In this document: positions 51,097 to 60,924 of the stretch, piece after piece
Numbering within the stretch: position 1 is the first letter of the stretch
Layout of the letters: each line of letters opens with the position of its first letter
NCBI RefSeq assembly: GCF_013822795.1
Contig: NZ_PNLB01000005.1
Coordinates: 77,432-141,431 of the forward strand
DNA from: Phenylobacterium sp.
GTDB lineage: Bacteria; Pseudomonadota; Alphaproteobacteria; Caulobacterales; Caulobacteraceae
Reading direction: 5' to 3'
Length of the DNA: 64,000 bases
Program-made: the position numbers and the translations under genes
The notes under the pieces: generated by a model
Told to the model about the DNA's origin: nothing
The model's input: the letters and a program-made list of their open reading frames with translations, nothing else
The model's database searches: none

Positions 51097-52185
51097 TCAG
51101 ACCGTCTCTTCCTGGGCGACGAAGCCCTTCCAGCCGTTCATGTACTCGACGAAGGCCGGGCCCAGGCGCTCATCGCGCAGGTGCTGGCGGGTGACCGGCA
51201 GGGCGATCGAGGCGAAGTCCGGGTCGGCCGCGACCTTCTGCGGGAAGTCGTGGTGCAGGATGGCGGCGCGGCCGATCAGGACGTAGTCGGCGCCGTTTTC
51301 CAGGCACTGGCGGGCGACCTGGCCGGTCATGATCTTGCCGGCGACGCCGAGGCGGACCTGCCCGCGGTCGAGTTCGGTGAAGTAGGACATCAGGGTGCGG
51401 CCCTGGAACGCCTCCTCGACCGGCTCCTTGGCCACGTCCCACAGCGACATGTCGAGATAGTCGATCTTACCTTCGGCCAACACCTTGCGGGCGACCTCGA
51501 CGATCTCCGCCAGCTCCAGGCCGAAGCGCTCGGGCGACAGGCGCAGGCCGAGCTGGAAGTTCGCGCCGCAGCGGGCGCGGATCCCGTCGATGATCTCGAA
51601 GATCAGCCGGGCGCGGTTCTCGAGCGAGCCGCCATAGCGGTCCTGGCGCCGGTTGAGGGTCGGCGACAGAAACTGGCAGAGCACATAGCCGTGGGCGCCG
51701 TGGATCTCGACCCCGTCGAAGCCGGCTTTCTCGGAGCGGACGGCGGCGGCGATGAAGTCTTCGCGGAGCTGCTCGACCTCGGCCAGGGTCAGGGCGCGGG
51801 CCCCGGTCTCGGGATCGTCTGAGGGACAGACCGGCGCCTCGCCGATCAGCTCCTTGGGCGAGCGGTTGCCGGCGTGGTGCAGCTGGAGGGCGGCGATGCT
51901 GCCCCTCTCCTTGATGGCCGCGGCCAGGCGGGTGAGGCCCGGCAGGTGCTGGTCGCCGAACACGCCGAGCTGGCCAGGGAAGCCCTGGCCGATCGCCTGG
52001 ACGTGGGCCGCGCAGGTCATGGTCAGGCCAAAACCGCCTTCGGCGCGATAGGTCAGCCAGGCGAACTCGTCGTCCGACAGCACGCCGTCCGGATGGCTCT
52101 GGGTGTTGGTCAGCGGCGCCAGCATGAAGCGGTTCTTCATTGCCGGGCCGTGCTGGAGGCTTAAGGGGGTGAACAGGTCGGTCAT
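51097..52185 (-). CDS. NADH:flavin oxidoreductase (old yellow enzyme family)
   Basis: NRFMLAPLT, QLHHAG, GFDGVEIHGAHGY, DRYGGSLENR. Confidence 0.95.
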   Translation of the reverse strand: MTDLFTPLSLQHGPAMKNRFMLAPLTNTQSHPDGVLSDDEFAWLTYRAEGGFGLTMTCAAHVQAIGQGFPGQLGVFGDQHLPGLTRLAAAIKERGSIAALQLHHAGNRSPKELIGEAPVCPSDDPETGARALTLAEVEQLREDFIAAAVRSEKAGFDGVEIHGAHGYVLCQFLSPTLNRRQDRYGGSLENRARLIFEIIDGIRARCGANFQLGLRLSPERFGLELAEIVEVARKVLAEGKIDYLDMSLWDVAKEPVEEAFQGRTLMSYFTELDRGQVRLGVAGKIMTGQVARQCLENGADYVLIGRAAILHHDFPQKVAADPDFASIALPVTRQHLRDERLGPAFVEYMNGWKGFVAQEETV

Positions 52186-53333
52186 GCTTCCACCTCGAAC
52201 GTCAGGCCTGCGTTCTTCTGCAGGCGTGCGATCAGCTTGTCGCCCAGGGCCGCGCCCGGGACCCAGAGGCCGCCGGGAACGTCGGCGGCTTCCTTGACCA
52301 GACAGATGGCGGTCTCGGCGATCATTTTCGAGGTCGAGCCGTAGCCCGGGTCCTTGTCGCCCTTCACGCTGACCACGACCTTGCGGCCGTCGGCGGCGAT
52401 GCCGATGAAGGCGGCGTCGTAGAAGCCGGTCTCGCGCTCTTCCTTGCTGGGGCCCTCGCCGGGCTGCGGGCCGGTCCCTTCTTCGAGGGCGAAGGAGGCC
52501 GGCGCGTTGGGATCGACCACGGCCATCTCGTCATAGACGAAGTCGGCGCCGTAGGCGTGGCCCTGCAGGAAGTTCGAGCGGTGGACATTCTTGGTGTTGA
52601 TGGCGGCCATCATGAACGGGCCGACGTCGGCGTTCAGGTCCTCGTCGTGCTCGACGGCCTGGCCGGCCGGCTGTTCGGGGCCCTTGAAGCCGGGGGTCAG
52701 GGCGAACGGATCGACCATCACCGCGAACAGGCTGGGGTCTTTCTGGATCGCGGCCATGGTGGCGCGGCCGCTGGCGGCGGTGCCGCCCGAGAGCCCGCCC
52801 TTGAGCTTGCGCATGCGGCCCTTCACGCGTGGGACCGGGCCGCCGAGCTTCTGCTTGGCGGTCTGTTGCGCGAAGTAGACGCCGAGCTCGAAGGGAATGG
52901 AGTCGAAGCCGCAGGAGAACAGAATGCGCGCGCCGCTCTTGCGCGCCGCCTCATGGTGCAGCGGGATCATCGCGGCCATCCAGTTCGGCTCGCCGCAGAG
53001 GTCGAGATAGTCGGTCCCGGCCGCGACGCAGGCGGCGACGAGGTCCGAACCGTAGAGCTGGTAGGGGCCGACGGTGGTCAGCACCGCCTTGGTGCGCTCG
53101 ACCATCGCCTTGACCGAGGCCGGGTCGGACGCGTCGGCGACGATCAGCGGGGTGTCCTTGGGGGCGCCGATCTCGTCGCGGACCTGCTGCAGCTTGTCGA
53201 GGCTGCGCCCGGCCATGGCCCACTTCACGTCACCGCCGACGCCGTACTGCTTGGCCAGATGCTCGGCCACCAGGCGGCCGGTGAAACCGGTCGCGCCGTA
53301 GACGATGATGTCGAATTCCGCGCCGCTGTTCAT
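52182..53333 (-). CDS. Saccharopine dehydrogenase-like / trans-acting enoyl reductase family oxidoreductase
   Basis: YGATGFTG, AGRS, VGPYQLYG, YLDLCGE, GFDSIP, DPGYGST. Confidence 0.93.
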   Translation of the reverse strand: MNSGAEFDIIVYGATGFTGRLVAEHLAKQYGVGGDVKWAMAGRSLDKLQQVRDEIGAPKDTPLIVADASDPASVKAMVERTKAVLTTVGPYQLYGSDLVAACVAAGTDYLDLCGEPNWMAAMIPLHHEAARKSGARILFSCGFDSIPFELGVYFAQQTAKQKLGGPVPRVKGRMRKLKGGLSGGTAASGRATMAAIQKDPSLFAVMVDPFALTPGFKGPEQPAGQAVEHDEDLNADVGPFMMAAINTKNVHRSNFLQGHAYGADFVYDEMAVVDPNAPASFALEEGTGPQPGEGPSKEERETGFYDAAFIGIAADGRKVVVSVKGDKDPGYGSTSKMIAETAICLVKEAADVPGGLWVPGAALGDKLIARLQKNAGLTFEVEA

Positions 53334-53550
53334 GGCGTCTGTCTCCGCTTTCCGTCCCCTAGAGGGGCGGGACCTTGCCGGAAAAACCGCGGGGCGCAAA
53401 CGAGTGTTTGAAAATTAGGGCGTGTCGAACGGCGTCCGAGGCGCTTTTGTCAAACGCGGCGCTCCCCCTCTTGCCCGACGTCGCGGGCAGGCCGAACAAT
53501 GGAGGGCTACCGACGCCGGCGGCGACCGGCGCGAAGGGGAGAGCCTTTAC

Positions 53551-54984
53551 GTGACCAAGCACGCGCCGGCCAACGGGCCGCGGCCGCTGTCGACATCGAC
53601 CGCGCTCTCCTTTTCGACCCTGGCGTTTCCGCTCGGCGCGTTGGCGGTGGCGGTGTCGGTCTACATCCCGCCGTTCTTCGCCAGCCACCTGGGGGTCAAT
53701 CTGACCCTGATCGGCGTCGCCTTCTTCGTGGTGCGGATGCTGGACCTGGGCGTCGACCCGGTGCTGGGGCTGGTGATGGACCGCACCCGCACGCGGTTCG
53801 GCCGCTATCGGGTCTGGGTGCTGATCGGCGGGCCGATCCTGATGGCGGCGGTCTATGCGCTGTTCGAGGCGCCGAGCGGGATCGGGCTGCCCTATCTGAT
53901 CTTCTGGCTGCTGGTGTTCTACCTCGGCAACTCGATCCTCGGGCTCAGCCACTCGGCCTGGGCGGCGACTTTGGCCACTGAGTACCACCAGCGCTCACGC
54001 ATCTTCGGGATCCTGGCGGCGGCCGGGGTGATCGGGGCGATGACCGTGCTGGTGATCCCGATCGGCGCAGCTCACTTCGGTCTTTCCGAAGCCGGGGGCG
54101 TGAAGGCCATGGGCTGGTTCATCTTCGCGATGGTCCCGGTGGTGGTGGCGCTGGTTTGCCTGCGCACGCCCGAGCACATCGTGAAGACCGCGCCCGAGCA
54201 CTTCCAGTTCAAGGACTACCTGTCGCTGATCACCAAGCCGGACCTGCTGCGTCTGTTCTTGGCGCAGATGGCGCTGACGCTCGGCCCCGGGTGGATGAGC
54301 GCGCTCTACATGTTCTTCTTCACCGACTCGCGCGGGTTCTCGACCGAGCAAGCCTCGGCGCTGCTGCTGGTCTATGTGGTGGCCGGCATCCTGGGCGCGC
54401 CGCTGACCGCGCGGCTGGCGATGCGGTTCTCCAAGCACCGCACGCTGATGGTGACGACCACGGCCTATTCGCTGGGGCTGTGCACGGTGATGTTCCTGCC
54501 CAAGGGCGACATGGCCTTCGGCATCCCGATGATGTTCTGGCAGGGCTTCATGGCCGCCGGCTTCGACCTGATGATCCGGGCGATGCTGGCCGACGTCGCC
54601 GACGAGGTGCGGCTGGAGCAGGGCCAAGAGCGGCTGAGCCTGATCTATGCGCTGAACGCCCTGGCCAACAAGATCGCCTCGGCCTTCGCCATCGTGCTGA
54701 CCTTCCCGCTGCTGGCGCAGATCGGCTTCAACCCGGCCGACGGGGCGGTGAACACCGAGGGCGCGATCCGCGGGCTGGAGCTGGCCTTCATCGTCGGGCC
54801 GATCGTGTTCGTGATGCTGGGCGGGGCCTGCGTGCTGGGCTGGAAGCTCGACGCGGCCAAGCATGCGGCGATCCGCGAGGAACTGGAGCGGCGCGACGCG
54901 CTCTATGCCGAGGCCCCGATCCTGGAGAGCTTTGCGCCCGACGTGGCCCCGGCGGTCACCGGCGGCGAGGGCCAGCCCAAGTGA
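53551..54984 (+). CDS. MFS transporter (GPH/MelB-like)
   Basis: DPVLG..MDRTRTRFGR, AWAATLATEYHQR, MLADVAD. Confidence 0.9.
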   Translation: MTKHAPANGPRPLSTSTALSFSTLAFPLGALAVAVSVYIPPFFASHLGVNLTLIGVAFFVVRMLDLGVDPVLGLVMDRTRTRFGRYRVWVLIGGPILMAAVYALFEAPSGIGLPYLIFWLLVFYLGNSILGLSHSAWAATLATEYHQRSRIFGILAAAGVIGAMTVLVIPIGAAHFGLSEAGGVKAMGWFIFAMVPVVVALVCLRTPEHIVKTAPEHFQFKDYLSLITKPDLLRLFLAQMALTLGPGWMSALYMFFFTDSRGFSTEQASALLLVYVVAGILGAPLTARLAMRFSKHRTLMVTTTAYSLGLCTVMFLPKGDMAFGIPMMFWQGFMAAGFDLMIRAMLADVADEVRLEQGQERLSLIYALNALANKIASAFAIVLTFPLLAQIGFNPADGAVNTEGAIRGLELAFIVGPIVFVMLGGACVLGWKLDAAKHAAIREELERRDALYAEAPILESFAPDVAPAVTGGEGQPK

Positions 54985-55066
54985 CGCGAGGTCATGGTGG
55001 GCGGCGCGCGAAATCCGTGACAGCGTAAGCCCGCGGCCCGGCAAGAGGCCGGTCCAGGGAACGCCG

Positions 55067-55975
55067 ATGAGCGGGTTGATCCTCCATCACTACGACACCT
55101 CGCCGTTCTCGGAGAAGGTGCGGCTGATGCTGGGCCTGAAGGGCCTGGCCTGGGACTCGGTGCAGGCGCCGGTGATCATGCCCAAGCCCGATCTGATCCC
55201 GCTGACCGGCGGCTATCGGCGCATCCCGGTGCTGCAGATCGGCGCCGACGTCTATTGCGACACCCAGGTGATTCTGGCCGAGCTGGAGGCCCGCGCGCCG
55301 GGCCCGCGGGCCGCGTCGGGAGCCGACTGGGCGGTCAACTTCTGGGCGGACCGGCCGTTCTTCGGGATCACCGTGCCGATCATCTTCGGGGCGCTGGGCG
55401 AGGCGACGACGCCGGAGTTCATCGCCGACCGCGAGAAGCTGAGCGGCCGGCCGTTCAATGTCGCGGCGATGCAGGCGGCCGCGCCGCTGATGGTCCCGCA
55501 ATGGCGCGCGCAAGCGGCCTGGATCGAGGAGGGGCTGAGCGAGACTGACTGGCTGGCAGGCGACGCGCCGGGACTGGCCGACATCGCCGCCTACATGAAC
55601 ATTTGGTTCCTCGCCCGGAACCTGCCGGCCATGGCCGACGAGCTGCTGGCCGGTCTCGACCGGACCCAGGTGTGGCGCAAACGGGTGGCGGCGATCGGGC
55701 ACGGGACCCGCCGCGAAATCAGCGGCGCCGACGCCCTGGCCGCAGCGCGCGAGGCCGAGCCCGGCCCGGTTCCCGCCCATGACCCGAACGACCCGCTGGG
55801 CCTGACGCCGGGCGACGCCATCACCGTGGCGGCCGACGACTATGGCCGCGACCCCATCGCCGGGACGCTGGCGGCGCTGACGCGCAGCCGGATCGTCCTG
55901 ACCCGCCAGACCCCTGACCTGGGCCGGACCCAGGTCCATTTCCCACGCGCCGGCTACGTCGTCGGCAAGGCCTAA
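55067..55975 (+). CDS. Glutathione S-transferase family protein (Ser-type, etherase-related clade)
   Basis: SPFSEKVR, GGYRRIPVLQIGAD..CDT, VHFPR.GY. Confidence 0.92.
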   Translation: MSGLILHHYDTSPFSEKVRLMLGLKGLAWDSVQAPVIMPKPDLIPLTGGYRRIPVLQIGADVYCDTQVILAELEARAPGPRAASGADWAVNFWADRPFFGITVPIIFGALGEATTPEFIADREKLSGRPFNVAAMQAAAPLMVPQWRAQAAWIEEGLSETDWLAGDAPGLADIAAYMNIWFLARNLPAMADELLAGLDRTQVWRKRVAAIGHGTRREISGADALAAAREAEPGPVPAHDPNDPLGLTPGDAITVAADDYGRDPIAGTLAALTRSRIVLTRQTPDLGRTQVHFPRAGYVVGKA

Positions 55976-55985
55976 GGAGCATCCC

Positions 55986-56804
55986 ATGGAAGAGCGCATC
56001 ACCGTCGAAATCAGCGAGGGCGTGGCCGATGTCCGCCTGGTCCGGACCGACAAGATGAACGCCCTGGACGACGCCATGTTCTCGGCCCTGATCGAGACCG
56101 GCGAACGGCTGAAGACCGAAAAGGGCGTGCGCGCCATCGTGCTGTCGGGCGAGGGACGGGCGTTCTGCGCCGGGCTCGACATGGGCAACTTCGGCAAAAT
56201 GGCCTCGGGCGAGCGCAAGGGCGGCCAGTCCTCGACCGGCGAGTCGCTGCTGACCGACAACCGCACGGCCGGCGGCTCGAACCGCGCCCAGCATGCGGTG
56301 ATGGTCTGGAGCGAGCAGGTGGTGCCGGTGATCGCCGCCGTGCACGGCGTGGCGTTCGGCGGCGGCTTCCAGCTGGCCCTGGGCGCGGACCTGCGCTTCG
56401 TCACCGCCGACACCCGGATGTCGGTGATGGAGATCAAGTGGGGCCTGGTGCCGGACATGGCCGGGATGGTGCTGCTGCGCGGGCTGGTCCGCGACGACGT
56501 CGCTCGCGAGCTGACCTATACGGGCCGCATCTTCGACGGCGAGGAGGCCGCGCGCATCGGCCTGGCCACCCGCGTCTGCGCCGATCCGCGCGCCGAGGCC
56601 CTGGCCCTGGCCGCCGAGATCGCCGGCAAGAGCCCGACCGCGATCCGCGCCGCCAAGCGGCTGCTGGACATGGTCGCCGACGCCGACCAGCACGCGATCC
56701 TCAAGGCCGAGAGCGTTGAGCAGGCGGCGCTGATCGGCTCGCCCAACCAGGTCGAGGCGGTGATGTCGAACATGCAGAAACGCGCCGCCGCCTACGCCGA
56801 CTGA
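55986..56804 (+). CDS. Crotonase/enoyl-CoA hydratase family protein
   Basis: DKMNALD, FCAGLD, HGVAFGGGFQLALGAD, EIKWGLVPD. Confidence 0.95.
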   Translation: MEERITVEISEGVADVRLVRTDKMNALDDAMFSALIETGERLKTEKGVRAIVLSGEGRAFCAGLDMGNFGKMASGERKGGQSSTGESLLTDNRTAGGSNRAQHAVMVWSEQVVPVIAAVHGVAFGGGFQLALGADLRFVTADTRMSVMEIKWGLVPDMAGMVLLRGLVRDDVARELTYTGRIFDGEEAARIGLATRVCADPRAEALALAAEIAGKSPTAIRAAKRLLDMVADADQHAILKAESVEQAALIGSPNQVEAVMSNMQKRAAAYAD

Positions 56805-57445
56805 TGCCGACGCTGTACCACTGCCAGGACGCCCGCTCCTTCCGCGCCCTCTGGGCGCTGGAGGAGTTGGGCGTTCCTTACGACTTGAAATTGCTGCCGT
56901 TTCCGCCGCGGGTGCGGTCTCCGGAATACCTGGAGATCAACCCGCTGGGGACCATCCCGTTCTTCGTCGACGGGCAGACGAAGATGACCGAGTCCTCGGC
57001 CATTCTTCAGTACCTGGCCGTTCGGCATGGCGGGCCGCTGAACGTGCCGAATGACGATAGCGACTACGGCGCCTGGCTGAACTGGCTCTATCTGGGCGAG
57101 GCGACGCTGACCTTCCCGCAGACCCTGGTGCTTCGCTACACGCGGCTGGAGCCGAAGGAGCGGCGCAATCCGCAGGTCGCTGAGGACTACGCCAAGTGGT
57201 TCATGGCGCGGCTGCGGGCGGTGGATAGGGCATTGGAAACGCGGGATTATCTGGTCGCCGGGCGGTTCACGGCGGCGGACATCTCGGTGGGCTATGCGCT
57301 GTTGCTGGCCTCGACGCTGGGGCTGAGCGAGCGGTTCAGCCCGGCGGTGGCGGCCTATTGGGCGCGGTTGCAGGCGCGCGAGGGGTTCCTGCGGGCCAAG
57401 GCGGCGCAGGCGGCCGATGGGACGCCGGAGTGGCAGGTTTCCTGA
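56804..57445 (+). CDS. Glutathione S-transferase family protein
   Basis: RSFRALW, INPLGTIP, ESSAI, FTAADISVGY; ATG overlaps the crotonase stop. Confidence 0.93.
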   Translation: MPTLYHCQDARSFRALWALEELGVPYDLKLLPFPPRVRSPEYLEINPLGTIPFFVDGQTKMTESSAILQYLAVRHGGPLNVPNDDSDYGAWLNWLYLGEATLTFPQTLVLRYTRLEPKERRNPQVAEDYAKWFMARLRAVDRALETRDYLVAGRFTAADISVGYALLLASTLGLSERFSPAVAAYWARLQAREGFLRAKAAQAADGTPEWQVS

Positions 57446-57475
57446 GCGCGATTGCAGGAAGGCGCCGATACTGGT

Positions 57476-57788
57476 TCCTCCCCCGAAGGGGGAGCATCCA
57501 GAGCTGAGCATCTAGAACGACTCCCTCGCCCCCTTGGGGGAGAGGGTTGGGGTGAGGGGGGCTGCTGACTCAGCAGAGCGCCGCTCCGCGCCGCCAACCC
57601 CTCACCTAACCTCTCCCCTCAAGCGGGGAGAGGGACAGGCGTTGTAGCGATCGAAAGCCAGGTCCTCCCCTCTTGGGGGAGGTGGATCGGCGCGTAGCGG
57701 CGAGACGGAGGGGGACTGCTCTCAATGCGCGAGTGTCAAAGTCCCCCTCAGTCAGCTTCGCTGACAGCTCCCCCAGAGGGGGAGCATC
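57476..57788. repeat. Composite repeat: family A half-arm, family B (57520-57636) and family A (57661-57788)
   Basis: Same arms as other copies; CTGCTGACTCAGCAG at 57562-57576. Confidence 0.9.
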
Positions 57789-57795
57789 TGGATTC

Positions 57796-58920
57796 TCAGA
57801 TTTGATCCCACTCGGCGAGGACCTCAGGGTCGGTTTCGGCTGAGGCGGCGCGGAGGGCCTCGAAGGCGTCGGACGGCAGCAGGCGTGAGAGCGCCCAGAC
57901 GGCGGCGCCGCGGACGATCGGGGCGGGGTCGCTGAGCAGGGCCTGGGCGCGGGGCGCGAGGGCGGCGTCGCCGGAATTGCCGATGGCGTAGAGCACGTTG
58001 CGCAGGAAGCGGTCGCGGCCGATGCGCTTTACCGGGCTCTTGGAAAAGAGGGCGCGGAAGGCGGCGTCGTCGAGGCCGGCGAGATCGGCCAGCGCCGGCT
58101 CGCGCAGGGCGTCGCGGGCGTGCAGGCGTTGTTCGCGGCTCTGGGCGGCGAACTTGTTCCACGGGCAGACCGCCAGGCAGTCGTCGCAGCCATAGATGCG
58201 GTTGCCGAGCATCGGCCTGAATTCGGTCGGGATCGGACCCTTCAGCTCGATGGTCAAGTAGGAGATGCAGCGGCGCGCATCGAGCTGGTAGGGCGCGGGG
58301 AAGGCGTTCGTCGGACAGATGTCGAGGCAGGCGCGGCACTGGCCGCAGGAGCCGCCGCTGGGCCCGTCGGCCGGCAGGTCGAGTTCGGTGAGGATCGAGC
58401 CGAGGAACAGCCAGGAGCCGAACTCGCGGCTGACCAGGTTGGTGTGCTTGCCTTGCCAGCCGAGGCCGGCGCGCTCGGCCAGCGGCTTTTCCATCAAGGG
58501 CGCGGTGTCGACGAAGACCTTCAACTCGCCGCCGAAGCGCGAGACCAGCCAGCCGGCCAGCTGCTTGAGCCGGCCCTTGATCAGCTCGTGATAGTCGTCG
58601 CCCTGGGCGTAGACCGAGATCGCGCCGCGGTCCTTACGGGCCAGGGCCTCGAGCGGGTCGTGGTCGGGGCCGTAGTTGACGCCGAGCATGATCGCCGAGC
58701 GGGCGTGGTCCCACATGGCGGTGGGATGACGGCGCCGATCCTCGGTGTCCTCGATCCAGCCCATCTCGCCGTGACGGCCGTGCTCGACGAACTCGCGCAG
58801 GCGGCCCGAGGCGGCCCACTCGGCGCGGGCGTCGGCGATGCGGCAGACGTCGAAGCCGAGTTCGACGGCGCGCTGGCGGATCAGGTCTGCGGTTCGGGGA
58901 TCAGAAGTCGAGGTCGTCAT
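57796..58920 (-). CDS. queG: Epoxyqueuosine reductase
   Basis: [54 protein letters not shown]. Confidence 0.98.
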   Translation of the reverse strand: MTTSTSDPRTADLIRQRAVELGFDVCRIADARAEWAASGRLREFVEHGRHGEMGWIEDTEDRRRHPTAMWDHARSAIMLGVNYGPDHDPLEALARKDRGAISVYAQGDDYHELIKGRLKQLAGWLVSRFGGELKVFVDTAPLMEKPLAERAGLGWQGKHTNLVSREFGSWLFLGSILTELDLPADGPSGGSCGQCRACLDICPTNAFPAPYQLDARRCISYLTIELKGPIPTEFRPMLGNRIYGCDDCLAVCPWNKFAAQSREQRLHARDALREPALADLAGLDDAAFRALFSKSPVKRIGRDRFLRNVLYAIGNSGDAALAPRAQALLSDPAPIVRGAAVWALSRLLPSDAFEALRAASAETDPEVLAEWDQI

Positions 58921-59587
58921 AATGCTGCGCCGGCGCGAGGCCGGGCCAGCGATCGGCCAGCAGCGGCCGGAAGCACGGCCTCGATTTCAGCTTCATGTAC
59001 CACGTCTTGACCGCCGGGAAGTCGCGCCACGGCACGTCGCCGAAATAGTCGATCACCGACAGGTGGGCGGCGGCGGCGAAATCGGCCATCGACAGCCGGC
59101 GGCCGGCCAGCCAGTCGCGGCCTGAGAGCAGGGTCTCGACATAGACCAGGTGGGCGCGCAGCGCCTCGCGGCCGGCGCGCATCGCGCCCAGGTCCGGGGC
59201 ACCCAGACCGAGCAGGCGCTTTTCCATTTTCTCGTGCAGCAGGAAGCCGCCTACCTCGTAGTCGAACTTGCGGTCGAACCACTGCAGCAGGCGACGCGCC
59301 TCGGCGCGTTCGACCGGGTCGCGCCCGAGCAGCGGCGGCTCGGGGTGGGTCTCTTCCAGGTAGTCGAGGATGGCGCGGCTCTCGCACAGCACCAGCGGCT
59401 CGCGGCCGCCGGCCACGACCAGCACCGGGGTCAGGCCCGACGGGTTCAGCTTCACCAGGGCGGCCGGCCGTTCCCAGTAGCGGACCGCTTCCTCGGCGAA
59501 CGGCAGCCGCTTTTCGCCCAGCGCGAGGCGGACCTGCCGGGAGGCGGGGTCCAGGGGGAAGTGAAGGAGGGTGAGGTCGAGACTCAT
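58901..59587 (-). CDS. fzlA: FtsZ-binding GST-family protein FzlA
   Basis: [34 protein letters not shown] and the C-terminal HYDDLDF typical of Caulobacter FzlA. Confidence 0.92.
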   Translation of the reverse strand: MSLDLTLLHFPLDPASRQVRLALGEKRLPFAEEAVRYWERPAALVKLNPSGLTPVLVVAGGREPLVLCESRAILDYLEETHPEPPLLGRDPVERAEARRLLQWFDRKFDYEVGGFLLHEKMEKRLLGLGAPDLGAMRAGREALRAHLVYVETLLSGRDWLAGRRLSMADFAAAAHLSVIDYFGDVPWRDFPAVKTWYMKLKSRPCFRPLLADRWPGLAPAQHYDDLDF

Positions 59588-59604
59588 CAGGCGACCGAGT
59601 ATCG

Positions 59605-60558
59605 CTAATCCTCGTTAAGGCCACGTTTACCGAGGGCGGTTTCGGCGAAAGCGCCGCCGTGCGGCTCGGCCGCGCCGCGCGGGTCGGGATGGATGATGAT
59701 GTCGGCGCTGGGGAACTCGGCGAGGATGCGCTTCTCGGCCGCGACCACGGCCGCGTGGGCCTGCTTGAGCGACAGGGCGGGGTCGAGATCGACGTGCATC
59801 TGCATGTGAACGTATGGACCCGAGGCGCGGGTCCGCAGTTGGTGCACGTCGGTCAGGGCCGGGTCCTGGGTGACCAGCGCTTTGATCTGTTCGCGCTCGT
59901 CGTGCGGCAGCTCGCGGTCCATCAGCTGATTGGCCGCCTCGCGGAACACGCTGACGGCGCCCCAGAGCAGCAGGCCGGTGACCACCAGGGCGGCCAGGGC
60001 GTCGAGGCCGGCAAGGCCGAGCCAGGCGGCCGCGGCGATGCCGATCAGGGCGGCGATGTTGGAGGCGAGGTCGGTGGCGTAATGGGCCCGGTCGCCGGCC
60101 ACCGCGACCGACGAGGTCCGGCGCAGGACCCAGCTCTGGGCGCTGATCAGCCCGAAGGTCAGCAGCGTCGAGACCGCCATCACCGCCACCGCCAGACCCT
60201 CCTGGCGGACCGGCTGCGGGTCGATCAGGCCCATGATCGCCTCGCGGCCGACCAGGGCGGCGGAGGCGAAGACCAGGCCGCCCTGCATCAGGCTGGCGAA
60301 GGCTTCGGCCTTGCCGTGGCCGAAGCGGTGCTCGGCGTCCGGCGGGCTGGCCGCGTAGCGGACGGCGAAGAAGGTGACTAGCGAGGCCAGCAGGTCGAGC
60401 GCGGAATCGGCGGCCGAAGCCAGCAGCGCGATCGAGCCGCTGGTCCACCAGACCAGCCCCTTGATCGTCACCAGCAGCAGCGCCACCCCGGTCGAGGCCA
60501 GGGTGATGCGGCGGGTGAGGACGGCGGTTTCGGCGGCGGAAAGGCGGGGTGAGGCCAT
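59605..60558 (-). CDS. Cation diffusion facilitator (FieF-like)
   Basis: ASAADSALD, HRFGHGKAE, DRAHYATD, HQLRTR, IIHPDP. Confidence 0.95.
   Translation of the reverse strand: MASPRLSAAETAVLTRRITLASTGVALLLVTIKGLVWWTSGSIALLASAADSALDLLASLVTFFAVRYAASPPDAEHRFGHGKAEAFASLMQGGLVFASAALVGREAIMGLIDPQPVRQEGLAVAVMAVSTLLTFGLISAQSWVLRRTSSVAVAGDRAHYATDLASNIAALIGIAAAAWLGLAGLDALAALVVTGLLLWGAVSVFREAANQLMDRELPHDEREQIKALVTQDPALTDVHQLRTRASGPYVHMQMHVDLDPALSLKQAHAAVVAAEKRILAEFPSADIIIHPDPRGAAEPHGGAFAETALGKRGLNED
59614..59630. promoter_or_regulatory. Candidate CtrA box upstream of fzlA
   Basis: TTAA-N7-TTTA (minus strand: TAAA-N7-TTAAC), one mismatch to TTAA-N7-TTAA, about 27 bp before the fzlA ATG. Confidence 0.4.
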
Positions 60559-60624
60559 GGCTCCTCATAGCGCTGCTGGCGCGGCGACCCCAGCGCGAAC
60601 GACTCGCGGCGGGTTCCGAGGCTG

Positions 60625-60922
60625 GATGCCCCCCTGCTGGGGGAGCTCCCGCGCGGAGCGCGACGGAGGGGGACCGCTCCTATCTCAGAGAGTCAAAGTC
60701 CCCCTCAGTCAGCTGCGCTGACGGCTCCCCCAGAAGGGGAGCATCTGACGGGGCAGCACTCGGAACGACTCCCTCGCCCCCTTGGGGAAGAGGGTTGGGG
60801 TGAGGGGGCTGCTGACTCAGCAGAGCGCCGCTACGCGCCGCCAACCCCTCACCTAACCTCCCCTCTAGCGGGGAGAGGAACGGGCATTGCGGATATCCGA
60901 AATAAGATCCTCCCCTCTTGGG
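60625..60922. repeat. Composite repeat: family A (60625-60745), family B (60767-60879) and a half-arm
   Basis: The B copy is nearly identical to 57520-57636, with CTGCTGACTCAGCAG at 60809-60823; the A copy has GAGTC. Confidence 0.9.
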
Positions 60923-60924
60923 TC

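Noticed and set aside
28311-60922. Recurring palindromic repeats as a CRISPR array
   Set aside because: Dispersed, variable in length, no regular repeat-spacer periodicity, and no cas genes
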